64,000 nucleotides of DNA from an uncultured Bacilli bacterium (GTDB taxonomy: Bacteria > Bacillota_I > Bacilli_A > RF39 > UBA660): assembly GCA_944333345.1 (NCBI GenBank), contig CALVKW010000001.1, positions 5,594-69,593 on the forward strand. Reading direction: 5' to 3'. The notes beneath the pieces were generated by a model. The model had not been told where the DNA came from. It searched no databases and saw only the letters and a program-made list of their open reading frames with translations. Below, piece by piece: positions 9,002 through 18,320 of this stretch. The position numbers and the translations under genes were made by a program. Numbering within the stretch: the first letter of the stretch is position 1; each line of letters begins with the position of its first letter.

Positions 9002-10069
9002 TCATTTTCTTTCAATATATTTCATAATCTCCTCTGTAATTACTTCATACCCTTCATCAGAAATATGTAACCCATCTTTAGTATATTCATTCTTAATTTT
9101 AACCTCAGAAGACTCAGAATCAACTAATAGAGAAAACAAATCAATATAAGTAATATTTTCATCTTTACAGTACTTCTCCAACTCTTGATTAATTTCAACG
9201 ATTTCTTCATTAGTACGATTACTAGCAGCTGGTCTTTCTTCATCCACCGGATAAATAGATTCTAAATAGATTTCCGCATATGGACGATTCTTCTGTATTT
9301 CTTCAATAATTTTCTTAATATGAGAAACAATATCATCAATAGATAATTTCTGATCAATATCATTGGTACCAATAAGTAAAAATATTTTAGAAGGATTATA
9401 TTGATATACCCTTTTCCCCATATCATCCAAAATATCTTCAGTAACATTTCCTTGCACCCCACTATTAACAACAGGCATATCAGGATAATATACATCCAAA
9501 TCATAAAATTCGGTAATAGAATCTCCTAAAAACAAATAATTATCATCAACTATCACAACTTCTTTTTCTTTCGTAACAACCTTAGGTTCTACAGGACGAG
9601 TAAGTAAATAAATACAAAAGGCTAATATTCCTAACAACAGAATTACCACAAAAAGAAAAATAATAAATCTAAAAACTCTTAATTTAGGTTTTCTACGTTT
9701 CTCAATAGACTCTCTACGTATTTTATCCTGTTCATAAGACTTATTTAAATCTTTAATAATTTTTTCCTTTTTCTTTTTTTTATTTTCAACAAAACTAGTA
9801 TCTAACTCATCAGAAAATGTCATATCATCAAAATTAAAAATTTGCTGTTTCGTAATACTATAATCATCTGGATATAAATTCTGATGACGATTCTCACGAC
9901 TATATTGACTTTTAGTATTATTTCCATCTCTTTTATTATCATTAGATTTATGATACTTATTATTCTTATAACTATTTTTAGAATAATTCTTCTTAGAATT
10001 GTTATTGTGATTTCTATTTTGCTCTATTTTTTTATTATTACTACCCATAATATCACATCCCATACGCAA
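9002..10069 (-). CDS. SGNH/GDSL-family hydrolase with an N-terminal Asn/Lys-rich low-complexity region and one transmembrane helix
   Basis: The FLGDSITE block (GDS motif) is followed by a GTNDI block. The N-terminal 130 aa are N/K-rich, followed by a hydrophobic anchor. Confidence 0.7.
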   Translation of the reverse strand: MRMGCDIMGSNNKKIEQNRNHNNNSKKNYSKNSYKNNKYHKSNDNKRDGNNTKSQYSRENRHQNLYPDDYSITKQQIFNFDDMTFSDELDTSFVENKKKKKEKIIKDLNKSYEQDKIRRESIEKRRKPKLRVFRFIIFLFVVILLLGILAFCIYLLTRPVEPKVVTKEKEVVIVDDNYLFLGDSITEFYDLDVYYPDMPVVNSGVQGNVTEDILDDMGKRVYQYNPSKIFLLIGTNDIDQKLSIDDIVSHIKKIIEEIQKNRPYAEIYLESIYPVDEERPAASNRTNEEIVEINQELEKYCKDENITYIDLFSLLVDSESSEVKIKNEYTKDGLHISDEGYEVITEEIMKYIERK

Positions 10070-10139
10070 AAAAAGGTAAAACTACCTTTTACTTTAAATC
10101 TAATTTGATTATACTAATTTTGTTTCAAATAGTCAATTT

Positions 10140-11330
10140 CTAAGTAAAGAAAAAATGAAAATTTCCCGATACAGAATCAACAATTCCTTTAATAAAGAGT
10201 TGTATAAAAGAAAGAGAATTTACATCATCAGAAACAGTTAAATTACCTTCTGTAATCTTCTTACCATCAACTTTTACAACAACTCTTCCAACAACATCAC
10301 CTTTTTTAACTGGCAAATCCAAGGAATTAAATTCTAAATCATAAGAATATTTTTGCTTTGTACTAGATTTTTCAGTTAAAACTCCGATATCTGAAATAGG
10401 AACAAGAGAAACTTCTGTTTTTGTCGCTTTATCCAAAGGAATCGTCTTCAAAACTTCCCCTTTTCCTTTTACTAAATCCATCTGATAATGATTAAATCCA
10501 TAATCAAGCAAACTCATAGCTTCTTGATTCCTAATATTACTATTTTCTTCTCCTAAAACAACGGCAATAAATCGAAGATTATCTTTTTTGGCAGTAGCAG
10601 CAAGACAATATTTTGCCGCATCCGTATGTCCTGTTTTTAATCCATCAGCACCTTCATAAAATCGTACTAATTTATTAGTATTGACAAGCCAAAATTTATT
10701 TGCAGTATCTTCTCTTAAATAATCTTCATAAACGGATGAAAATTCTAAAATCTCAGGATAATTAATCACCAATTCTCTAGCAATCATTGCCATATCACGA
10801 GCACTAGAATAATGTCCTTCTTCATCAAGACCAGTACAATTTTTAAACACGGTATGCTCAAGTCCCAAATCTTTTACTTTTTGATTCATTTGTTTAACAA
10901 ATGCCGCCTCACTTCCCGCCAAAACCTCGGCCATCTGAACCGTAGCATCATTAGCACTAGCCATAGAGATTCCTTTAAATAAATCCCTAACACTAATTTC
11001 TTCACCAACACTTAAATAAATTTGTGATCCTCCCATATCAGCAGCAGTCTGACTAACAGTAACAACATCTTCCCAAGAAATTTTCTCATCACGAATAGCA
11101 TCTAATATTAAAATTTGTGCCACCATTTTCGTCATAGAAGCAACCGCCACTTCTTTATCAGCTTCTTTCTCAAAAACAATTTTACCTGTATTAGCCTCCA
11201 TCAAAACTCCACTGACAGCACCAGGAATTAACTCCGTTTCAACGCTTTCCTCTTCTAAAGCACTAACTGATAAAATATTAACAGAAAAAAGACACAAAAA
11301 ACATAAAAATATAACTAACCCTTTTCTCAT
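10140..11330 (-). CDS. Serine-type D-Ala-D-Ala carboxypeptidase (PBP5/DacA/DacB family)
   Basis: Signal peptide is present. The SxxK motif is ASMTK, and SxN and KTG blocks are consistent with the low-molecular-weight PBP class. Confidence 0.8.
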   Translation of the reverse strand: MRKGLVIFLCFLCLFSVNILSVSALEEESVETELIPGAVSGVLMEANTGKIVFEKEADKEVAVASMTKMVAQILILDAIRDEKISWEDVVTVSQTAADMGGSQIYLSVGEEISVRDLFKGISMASANDATVQMAEVLAGSEAAFVKQMNQKVKDLGLEHTVFKNCTGLDEEGHYSSARDMAMIARELVINYPEILEFSSVYEDYLREDTANKFWLVNTNKLVRFYEGADGLKTGHTDAAKYCLAATAKKDNLRFIAVVLGEENSNIRNQEAMSLLDYGFNHYQMDLVKGKGEVLKTIPLDKATKTEVSLVPISDIGVLTEKSSTKQKYSYDLEFNSLDLPVKKGDVVGRVVVKVDGKKITEGNLTVSDDVNSLSFIQLFIKGIVDSVSGNFHFFFT

Positions 11331-11398
11331 ACATCCCTCCACTATTTTTTATGTAAATATGAAAAAAATTATACATAAATTGAGAAAAGAATGATATT

Positions 11399-12271
11399 AT
11401 GAAACTAGGTGATACAATGAAAAAGAAAAAAAGAAAATTAAAAAAGAAAGTAAAAATAGTTTTAACTTTTCTAATATGCATCATAATCATCACAACAACA
11501 ATCTTAATATCTACAAAGAATGAAAGTAAAACACCAGAAAAAACTTTAACTCAAGAAGAAGAGTTAAAAAAGATACCATACTATAAAGAAGAAAATAAAG
11601 ATAGATATATATCCTATCAAAAAGAAAATAAAAATTTAGACACAGAAGAAATCGTTACAAATGTAAATATTGGAATTGATAAACCATATTATACAAATAC
11701 AAAACAAGCAGAAAACTTAAATACAAATATTATTTTAGTAAATAAATATAATTATCTAACAGAAGACTACGTACCAGAAAATCTAGAGGAGATTGACACA
11801 ACATATGCAAGAAGCGGAATGCAATTAGTTAGTGAAGCAAAAGAAGCATTTGAAACATTAGCTGAAAATGCCAAAGAGGATAACATGACAATTATCGCAA
11901 TGTCCAGCTACAGAAGTTATGACTATCAAGTAGATTTATATAATAGATATGTAGAAACAGATGGAAAAGAAGCTGCAGATACCTATTCAGCAAGAGCTGG
12001 GTTTTCAGAACATCAAACAGGTCTTGTAGTAGATGTCTATAACGGAGATTTACCTTACACCTCATTTGAAGAAACAGAAGAATTTGAATGGATGCAAGAA
12101 AATGCTTATAAATACGGATTTATTTTAAGATTTCCAAAAGATAAAACCGATATTACAGGGTATGAATATGAATCATGGCACTATCGCTATGTAGGAAAAG
12201 AAGTAGCAAAATATATTCATGATAACCATTCAACTTTAGAAGAATATATCGCAAAAAAGGTTGAGAACTAA
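11399..12271 (+). CDS. VanY-type D,D-carboxypeptidase (peptidase M15B), membrane-anchored. The true start may be the ATG at 11417.
   Basis: SSYRSYDYQ, SEHQTGLVVD and ESWHYRYVG blocks are typical of VanY/M15B. An N-terminal K-rich segment is followed by a transmembrane helix. Confidence 0.8.
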   Translation: MKLGDTMKKKKRKLKKKVKIVLTFLICIIIITTTILISTKNESKTPEKTLTQEEELKKIPYYKEENKDRYISYQKENKNLDTEEIVTNVNIGIDKPYYTNTKQAENLNTNIILVNKYNYLTEDYVPENLEEIDTTYARSGMQLVSEAKEAFETLAENAKEDNMTIIAMSSYRSYDYQVDLYNRYVETDGKEAADTYSARAGFSEHQTGLVVDVYNGDLPYTSFEETEEFEWMQENAYKYGFILRFPKDKTDITGYEYESWHYRYVGKEVAKYIHDNHSTLEEYIAKKVEN

Positions 12272-12286
12272 TTCTCAACCTTTTCA
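12259..12286 (+). terminator. Intrinsic terminator (GGTTGAGAA-CTAA-TTCTCAACC followed by TTTTC), bidirectional between convergent genes
   Basis: A perfect 9-bp inverted repeat followed by a T-run overlaps the stop codon of the VanY-type gene. Confidence 0.5.
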
Positions 12287-12864
12287 TTATCAAATTTTCT
12301 CTTAAAAAACATAAACAAATGATAAAAGAATGTAACAACAATCCAAAGTAAAAATATCAAATTACTAAATTGCACAACAGCTAAAATCGGTTCATTCTGA
12401 TATAAGGTAACAGGATCCGCTAAATCCATTTGACCAATGACAGTAAAACTGACAAACATAGAGAAAAACAAAAAGACAAATGACATACAAAAATAATTAA
12501 AAACTTTCTTAAATGTTGTTAATTTTTTACTAAACAAGGTATAAATAAATATAAAAATAGAAAGTACAAATAGAAAAAAGAAAACAATAGTAGAAGGGAA
12601 ATAATAATAATCCATAACTTTCATTATAAAAGAATCAATACAAGTAAGTGCATAAGAAGAAAAAGAAAATATAAAAACAAAAATAGAGAAGATAGCAAAA
12701 ATAAAAAGAGCAATAGGAACTACTTTATTTTTTATTCTAATATTAAAAACAACTAATAAAAATAATAAAAGAAAAAACAAAAATATTTCTATAAACATAA
12801 AAGATGAAAATAATGATTGAAAAATTATTTTCATCTTATCAAATAACCCTAGTTCCATATACAC
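12268..12864 (-). CDS. Polytopic membrane protein of unknown function, last gene of the adhesin-sortase cluster
   Basis: Five or six hydrophobic helices. It lies 8 nt downstream of the sortase gene on the same strand. Confidence 0.45.
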   Translation of the reverse strand: MYMELGLFDKMKIIFQSLFSSFMFIEIFLFFLLLFLLVVFNIRIKNKVVPIALFIFAIFSIFVFIFSFSSYALTCIDSFIMKVMDYYYFPSTIVFFFLFVLSIFIFIYTLFSKKLTTFKKVFNYFCMSFVFLFFSMFVSFTVIGQMDLADPVTLYQNEPILAVVQFSNLIFLLWIVVTFFYHLFMFFKRKFDNEKVEN

Positions 12865-12872
12865 ACCTCCTA

Positions 12873-13547
12873 TTATACCAACTCAGCAATATAAATAGTT
12901 TGCGTTGTATCATCATTTTTAGTACATGTAATTAACGTTAAAGTAGTACGATTATAATTTCTATAAATTGCTACTTTTCCAGTTTTAGGCACTGTATAAA
13001 TATTAACGATTTGATATCTATATCTTTGACCATGATACGTAATATAAGCATAATCACCAATATTCAACCTATATAAATATGCAAAAAACGAAATATAGGC
13101 ATCACCAGAATGAGCCATTAACATTAAATTACCATTAACAACATCAGGCATACTAGATCCTTGAACTGTTGATACATTATACTGAATACTATTATATCGG
13201 GAATCAGTATTATAAAACCCTCTTTTTAATCCTATCTTAGGGATTTCAAGCACCCCTGCATATCTACTATAATCAATCTCTTGTTCTGATTGTTGATAAA
13301 CTGTTCCATCAGAAACATTATCAACAGTTGGAACATCAATTTCATTCTCTTCACTCATCGGTATATCCATCCCTAAACTTGCAATCTCCATATTTGCAAA
13401 TACCTGATTTTTTAAAAATACCAAATGATTATAAGAAAGAACAAATAATCCTATAAATACAAGGAAAGAGCCGAGTAATAATAACTGACTCTTTCTAAGT
13501 ATTCTTTTATTATTGTTGCTGTCTTTCTTTTGGTTTCGTGTTAGCAT
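12873..13547 (-). CDS. Sortase (transpeptidase, SrtB-like). The likely start is the ATG at 13547, since the track ORF begins at a GTG.
   Basis: N-terminal membrane anchor, a conserved His in LMLMAHSGD, the TLxTC active-site motif (TLTLITC), and a downstream Arg. Confidence 0.8.
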   Translation of the reverse strand: MLTRNQKKDSNNNKRILRKSQLLLLGSFLVFIGLFVLSYNHLVFLKNQVFANMEIASLGMDIPMSEENEIDVPTVDNVSDGTVYQQSEQEIDYSRYAGVLEIPKIGLKRGFYNTDSRYNSIQYNVSTVQGSSMPDVVNGNLMLMAHSGDAYISFFAYLYRLNIGDYAYITYHGQRYRYQIVNIYTVPKTGKVAIYRNYNRTTLTLITCTKNDDTTQTIYIAELV

Positions 13548-14748
13548 AAATGATACCCACTCCACACAATAATACTATTAGACCAACAAAGTAAACAGAT
13601 TGTGCAAGAGTCATTCCAGTATCAGGCACTTCTGGAGTATAATCAATACTTATAGGTACATAAGCAGAGTGTGTAGTTTCTACCGTAAATACAGTACTAA
13701 CTGTTTGAGCACCAGTAGCTCGATAATAATATCCATCATAACCTCTGAATGTTCCTTCAACAGCGATTTGAATATCTTTTGTTTCTTCAGTAACTTTATC
13801 AACAGGAACCCTAACATAGAATCTTGCAAGATTCGTAGTATCTTCTACTTCTTGTCCATTTTCGTTTACTAGAATGGTTCCTTCTGGAGCTCCATCAATT
13901 CTAACTGTAAAATGATCTATATTATTAGGAGCAGTATTAGAAACGGTAATTAATGAAGTTTGATAGTACTTCTCATCTTCCGTCATAGAAATCTCATTAT
14001 TTGCTTTACTAATTTGCATTTGACCATTAGCAGAAGTCGTATTTTTCGCATTTTCAACTAAAGGTACGATATAAGTATCATAGAAAGTAGCGGTTGCTGT
14101 TGCTTGCGTATCAGAAGTATAACATCCATTTACATCACAAACATGATAATCACCACCATCTTGCCAATAAATTCTAGTGGCCACTCTCATATTATCCAAA
14201 TTACCAGTAGTTTGATCATTGGTAATATTACTATTATCGGCAGCCCCTGTCTGATACAAATATTCCCAAATAGCAGCTTGCGTAATCCAAGCTTGAACCT
14301 CATCTGCGAACTCATTACCAGAGCTATCCTTAAATGTTACATGAGGAGAAGAATTAGCCATCACATATAGCAATCCTTGATCAGTAATTTGTTCACTCTT
14401 AGATAAAGTTATACCACCTTGATAACCAATATCTCTTTCCAAACAGAAAATAGGAATACCGCTTTCTGTAGAATACATCTGTATTGGATAGGCTGAACCA
14501 GCACCACCATTAGAACCATAAATAACAACACCCGTTGGATTAGCAGTTTTAAAACTATCACCCAAATCCGTCTCAGGAATCGTATCGGGAGCAGCATAAG
14601 AAATATTTCCACTTCCAAGACCGATTACTAAGAAAGAAAAAAACGACACTAAAAACATCGAAATAGTTAACTTTTTAGATAACTGTGATTTAAAAAGTTG
14701 TTGAAATATAGACTGTTTTTTATTGTTTTCCATATATATTTTCTCCAT
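13510..14748 (-). CDS. Cell-wall-anchored surface adhesin with a thioester domain (TED) and a sortase sorting signal
   Basis: Signal peptide is present. A Cys lies in the F-C-L-E context and there is a TQAAIW (TQxA[IV]W) motif, both characteristic of internal thioester (Cys-Gln) adhesin domains. The C-terminus reads EVPDTG, then a hydrophobic stretch, then a KPKERQQQ tail. Confidence 0.65.
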   Translation of the reverse strand: MEKIYMENNKKQSIFQQLFKSQLSKKLTISMFLVSFFSFLVIGLGSGNISYAAPDTIPETDLGDSFKTANPTGVVIYGSNGGAGSAYPIQMYSTESGIPIFCLERDIGYQGGITLSKSEQITDQGLLYVMANSSPHVTFKDSSGNEFADEVQAWITQAAIWEYLYQTGAADNSNITNDQTTGNLDNMRVATRIYWQDGGDYHVCDVNGCYTSDTQATATATFYDTYIVPLVENAKNTTSANGQMQISKANNEISMTEDEKYYQTSLITVSNTAPNNIDHFTVRIDGAPEGTILVNENGQEVEDTTNLARFYVRVPVDKVTEETKDIQIAVEGTFRGYDGYYYRATGAQTVSTVFTVETTHSAYVPISIDYTPEVPDTGMTLAQSVYFVGLIVLLCGVGIIYANTKPKERQQQ

Positions 14749-14805
14749 AATACACCACCTTTATATTATTATTATAACATAGTTTTTTATTTTTCAATCT
14801 TTTTT

Positions 14806-16032
14806 TTATTTTATTAAAAAAATGTCTTCTAATCTTTGTAAACGAGGAGCCTTAGTATAATAAATTTTAGCTAAACTATCACCTTTTTTTATTATATCTC
14901 CCACTTGTACTAACAACTCAATTCCAACGCCATAATCAATAGCATCTTCTTTAGACACACGACCAGCTCCCAAAGAAACAGAAAGCTTACCTAACTCTAT
15001 AGCAGAAATCCCCACAATCTTACCACTTTTAGAAGCCTTTAATACTTTCACTTTTTTACTTACAGAAAGATTTTTTAAATTTCCATGTTGTGCATCAACA
15101 AGCTCTAAAAATTTTTGATAAGCGTCCCCAGATTGAATAGACTGTCTAACCATATCCATGGCATCTTCTTTAGGAACCCCTTTTGACATACATAACATTT
15201 CGCTAGCAAGTTCTAAACATAATTTTGTCAAATTATTATCTCTTTCTTCTCCTTTTAGAACTTTCATAGCTTCCATTACTTCCAAACTATTACCGATGCA
15301 ATATCCTAACGGTGTATCCATATCACTAATAATAGTATGTACCTCTTTTTGATAAACTTTTCCTATTTTAATAACTAAATCACTTAATTTTTCAGCATCT
15401 TCCTTGGTCTGTAAAAGTGCACCATTACCAACCTTAATATCGATTAATATCTTATCGGCCCCTCCAGCGATTTTTTTACTCATAATACTAGAAGCAATAA
15501 GTGGAATAGAAGAGACTGTTCCCGTAACATCACGCAAAGCATAAATCTTTTTATCCATAGGTGCAAGACTAGCTGTCTGCCCTGTAATAACAATGCCAAT
15601 ATCTTGAACTTGGTGCATTACTTCCTCTTCAGATAAATCAATTCGAAATCCAGGAATACTTTCCAACTTATCAATAGTACCTCCAGTATATCCTAGCCCT
15701 CTACCACTCATTTTTAAAACAGGAACACCAAGGCTTGCAACAATAGGAGCAATAATTAAAGTTGTTTTATCACCAATCCCACCAGTAGAATGTTTATCCA
15801 CTGTAATAGCATGCAAAAAACTCAAATCTAAAGTATCTCCACTATCAATAAATACCTTGGTCAAAGCAAAAGTTTCTTCTTCGCTCATGCCTTGAATACA
15901 AATAGCCATAAGCAAACTAGACATCTGATAATCTTTAACTTTCCCCTCTAAATAACCATTAAAAAAAGTATCTAATTCGTGAAAACTTAACTCTTCTCCT
16001 AATCTTTTTTTATTTATAATATCAACAATCAT
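14806..16032 (-). CDS. pdp: Pyrimidine-nucleoside (thymidine) phosphorylase
   Basis: HSTGGIGDKTT phosphate-binding motif within typical family blocks. The length is 408 aa. Confidence 0.9.
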   Translation of the reverse strand: MIVDIINKKRLGEELSFHELDTFFNGYLEGKVKDYQMSSLLMAICIQGMSEEETFALTKVFIDSGDTLDLSFLHAITVDKHSTGGIGDKTTLIIAPIVASLGVPVLKMSGRGLGYTGGTIDKLESIPGFRIDLSEEEVMHQVQDIGIVITGQTASLAPMDKKIYALRDVTGTVSSIPLIASSIMSKKIAGGADKILIDIKVGNGALLQTKEDAEKLSDLVIKIGKVYQKEVHTIISDMDTPLGYCIGNSLEVMEAMKVLKGEERDNNLTKLCLELASEMLCMSKGVPKEDAMDMVRQSIQSGDAYQKFLELVDAQHGNLKNLSVSKKVKVLKASKSGKIVGISAIELGKLSVSLGAGRVSKEDAIDYGVGIELLVQVGDIIKKGDSLAKIYYTKAPRLQRLEDIFLIK

Positions 16033-16436
16033 AAAATCTCCTTTCGAAATACCGTAGTTTCTCGAACCTGAAACCCTAATTTATGATACAAATGATGGGC
16101 AGCAACTCTAGATGGATTAGAAGTTAGCTCTAAATAAGAAATATTCTTATCCTGACATAACTGAAAAACATACTGAAATAACTTACTAGCAATTCCCTGA
16201 TTTTGATAAGCACTTCTAACACAGACATACTCTACAAAATAAAATTTTTGATTGCGTATAGGATCAATACAATAATGCAGCAATAAATGACCAATTACCT
16301 TCTCATTAGAAACAGCAATCAATTGAGCATCATCTTTAGAAAGCTTACCACTCATAGAAACACCAAAAGCTTCTTCTAATAATTCATTTAAAGATTGTAA
16401 ATATTGTTCTTCAAAATGCTTTATTTCCATATACAC
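16029..16436 (-). CDS. GNAT-family N-acetyltransferase
   Basis: Acetyl-CoA binding block VRSAYQNQGIASKL (the Q/RxxGxG/A motif). The ORF overlaps the pdp start by 4 nt. Confidence 0.75.
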   Translation of the reverse strand: MYMEIKHFEEQYLQSLNELLEEAFGVSMSGKLSKDDAQLIAVSNEKVIGHLLLHYCIDPIRNQKFYFVEYVCVRSAYQNQGIASKLFQYVFQLCQDKNISYLELTSNPSRVAAHHLYHKLGFQVRETTVFRKEIL

Positions 16437-16526
16437 CCTACCTTAGTATTACTATCATATCAAAAAAAATATATGAATTCTAGTACTTTTCCAAATAATT
16501 ATCCAAAAGAAAAGAAGAAAAAGAAT

Positions 16527-16865
16527 TTATTCTTTCTCCTCTTTTGTTTTAGATGAAGTTAAAAATGTAACTTTTTCTCCAATCACCTCCATAATATTCT
16601 CTTTTTTCTCACCCTTTTCTACAATCCGTGATTGTAATCTTCCCTTTAAACCGACAATATCTCCTTTTTTACAGTACTCTTTTGTATTTTCTGCTACATT
16701 ATCAAAGATAAGACAACGAATAAAATCCGTATCATAATTACCTTCCATATTTTTAAAACTTCTAGGAATAGCAAGGGTAAGAGTTGAAAATTTTTTACCA
16801 TTATCATTCTTCTTTAACTCAAGATCATACACAATCCTACCAACCAAGACCACCTGATTTAACAT
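16527..16865 (-). CDS. ssb: Single-stranded DNA-binding protein, short SsbB-like form
   Basis: MLNQVVLVGRI start and OB-fold blocks. At 112 aa it lacks the long acidic tail. Confidence 0.8.
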   Translation of the reverse strand: MLNQVVLVGRIVYDLELKKNDNGKKFSTLTLAIPRSFKNMEGNYDTDFIRCLIFDNVAENTKEYCKKGDIVGLKGRLQSRIVEKGEKKENIMEVIGEKVTFLTSSKTKEEKE

Positions 16866-17023
16866 ATCTCACCTCCTTTCTCCTCCATCATAGAAAAAGA
16901 AAGAAAAAAAGACAAACAACGAAAACATAAAAAGTACACAAAACAACAAAACAAAAAGAAGATACCCTATATAAAAAACCTTCTTTTCAAAACAAACTAT
17001 AACCAAATAAATAACTTTACTAA

Positions 17024-18223
17024 TTAGGTAACAATTTGAAAAACCTTTTTACAATTTCTTAAAGCCGCAACTAAAATATCAATTTCCTCTTTTGTATTAT
17101 AAAAATACAAACTAATTCTTACAGTAGATGGAATTCCCATATCTTCCTTCAACATTTTACTACAGTGATTACCTGCTCTCACACAAATATGAAAGGAATT
17201 TAAGTATTTAGAAACATCCATACTAGATACTCCTTCCACATTAAAAGCTAAAATTCCACTTTCAGAATCAGAATTATATAAAATAATAGATGGAATATCT
17301 TTTAATTTCGCAACTAAATATTTTTTTAATTCCTGTTCATACTGACTAATAGAATCCATACCAATTTCTAACAAATATTCAATAGCACTTTTAAGTCCTA
17401 AAACCTCTCCAATAGGAGGAGTACCCGCTTCAAACTTTACAGGACCATCTTTTAATTGATATTTTCCATCACTAGTAAAGGATAAATTCATACCACCGCC
17501 ATAAAAGACAGGAACCATTTCGTTTAATAATTCTTCTCTAGCAACCAGCACCCCAACACCAGTAGGAGCACACATTTTATGTCCAGAAAAACTTAAAAAA
17601 TCAATAAAACTATTTTGAAAATCAATACTCATATGAGGAACACTTTGGGCACCATCCACATGAAATAAAATATTCCCATCACGACACAACTTACCTATAC
17701 GAACAATATCTCTTACATCACCAATTACATTCGTAACATGAGCTAAAGAAATAACTTTAGTACGCTCCGTAATACTTTGAACGACATCTTTATAATCGAT
17801 AGAATAATTAGAATTAAGAGGAATATAACGAACTACAATTCCAATCTCTTCAGCAAGTCTCAGCCAAGGCAAAATATTAGATGCATGTTCTGCTTTTGTA
17901 AGCAAAACTTCATCACCAGGTTTTAAATGATATTTCATATATCCAAAGACAACCAAATTAATAGAGTGAGTAGCCCCACTAGTAAAAATAACTTCTTTGG
18001 CACTAGCACAATGAACAAATTTTTGAACAGTAAACCGAGCTTCATCATATAAATAATCGGAAATAATAGCACTATCATAAATCCCTCGGTGAATATTAGC
18101 AGTATAATACCTATAATAATCATCCACAGCATCAATAACACACTTCGGTTTTAATGTAGTAGCAGCATTATCAAAATAAATAATAGATTTATTATTTAAA
18201 ATAGGAAAGTCTAAACGCTTCAT
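17024..18223 (-). CDS. Cysteine desulfurase (class V aminotransferase, SufS/CsdA-like group II)
   Basis: PLP-lysine block SGHKMCAPTGVGVL and N-terminal FDNAATT. The RBS GAGGGGTGGG precedes the MKRLDFP start. Confidence 0.85.
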   Translation of the reverse strand: MKRLDFPILNNKSIIYFDNAATTLKPKCVIDAVDDYYRYYTANIHRGIYDSAIISDYLYDEARFTVQKFVHCASAKEVIFTSGATHSINLVVFGYMKYHLKPGDEVLLTKAEHASNILPWLRLAEEIGIVVRYIPLNSNYSIDYKDVVQSITERTKVISLAHVTNVIGDVRDIVRIGKLCRDGNILFHVDGAQSVPHMSIDFQNSFIDFLSFSGHKMCAPTGVGVLVAREELLNEMVPVFYGGGMNLSFTSDGKYQLKDGPVKFEAGTPPIGEVLGLKSAIEYLLEIGMDSISQYEQELKKYLVAKLKDIPSIILYNSDSESGILAFNVEGVSSMDVSKYLNSFHICVRAGNHCSKMLKEDMGIPSTVRISLYFYNTKEEIDILVAALRNCKKVFQIVT

Positions 18224-18320
18224 AGTCCCACCCCTCAAAGATATAATATCTTATGAAAGAAAAGAAAAAGAGACTATAACATTAAACTATTTCAAAAGAA
18301 AAAAGTATCAAAATTGATAC

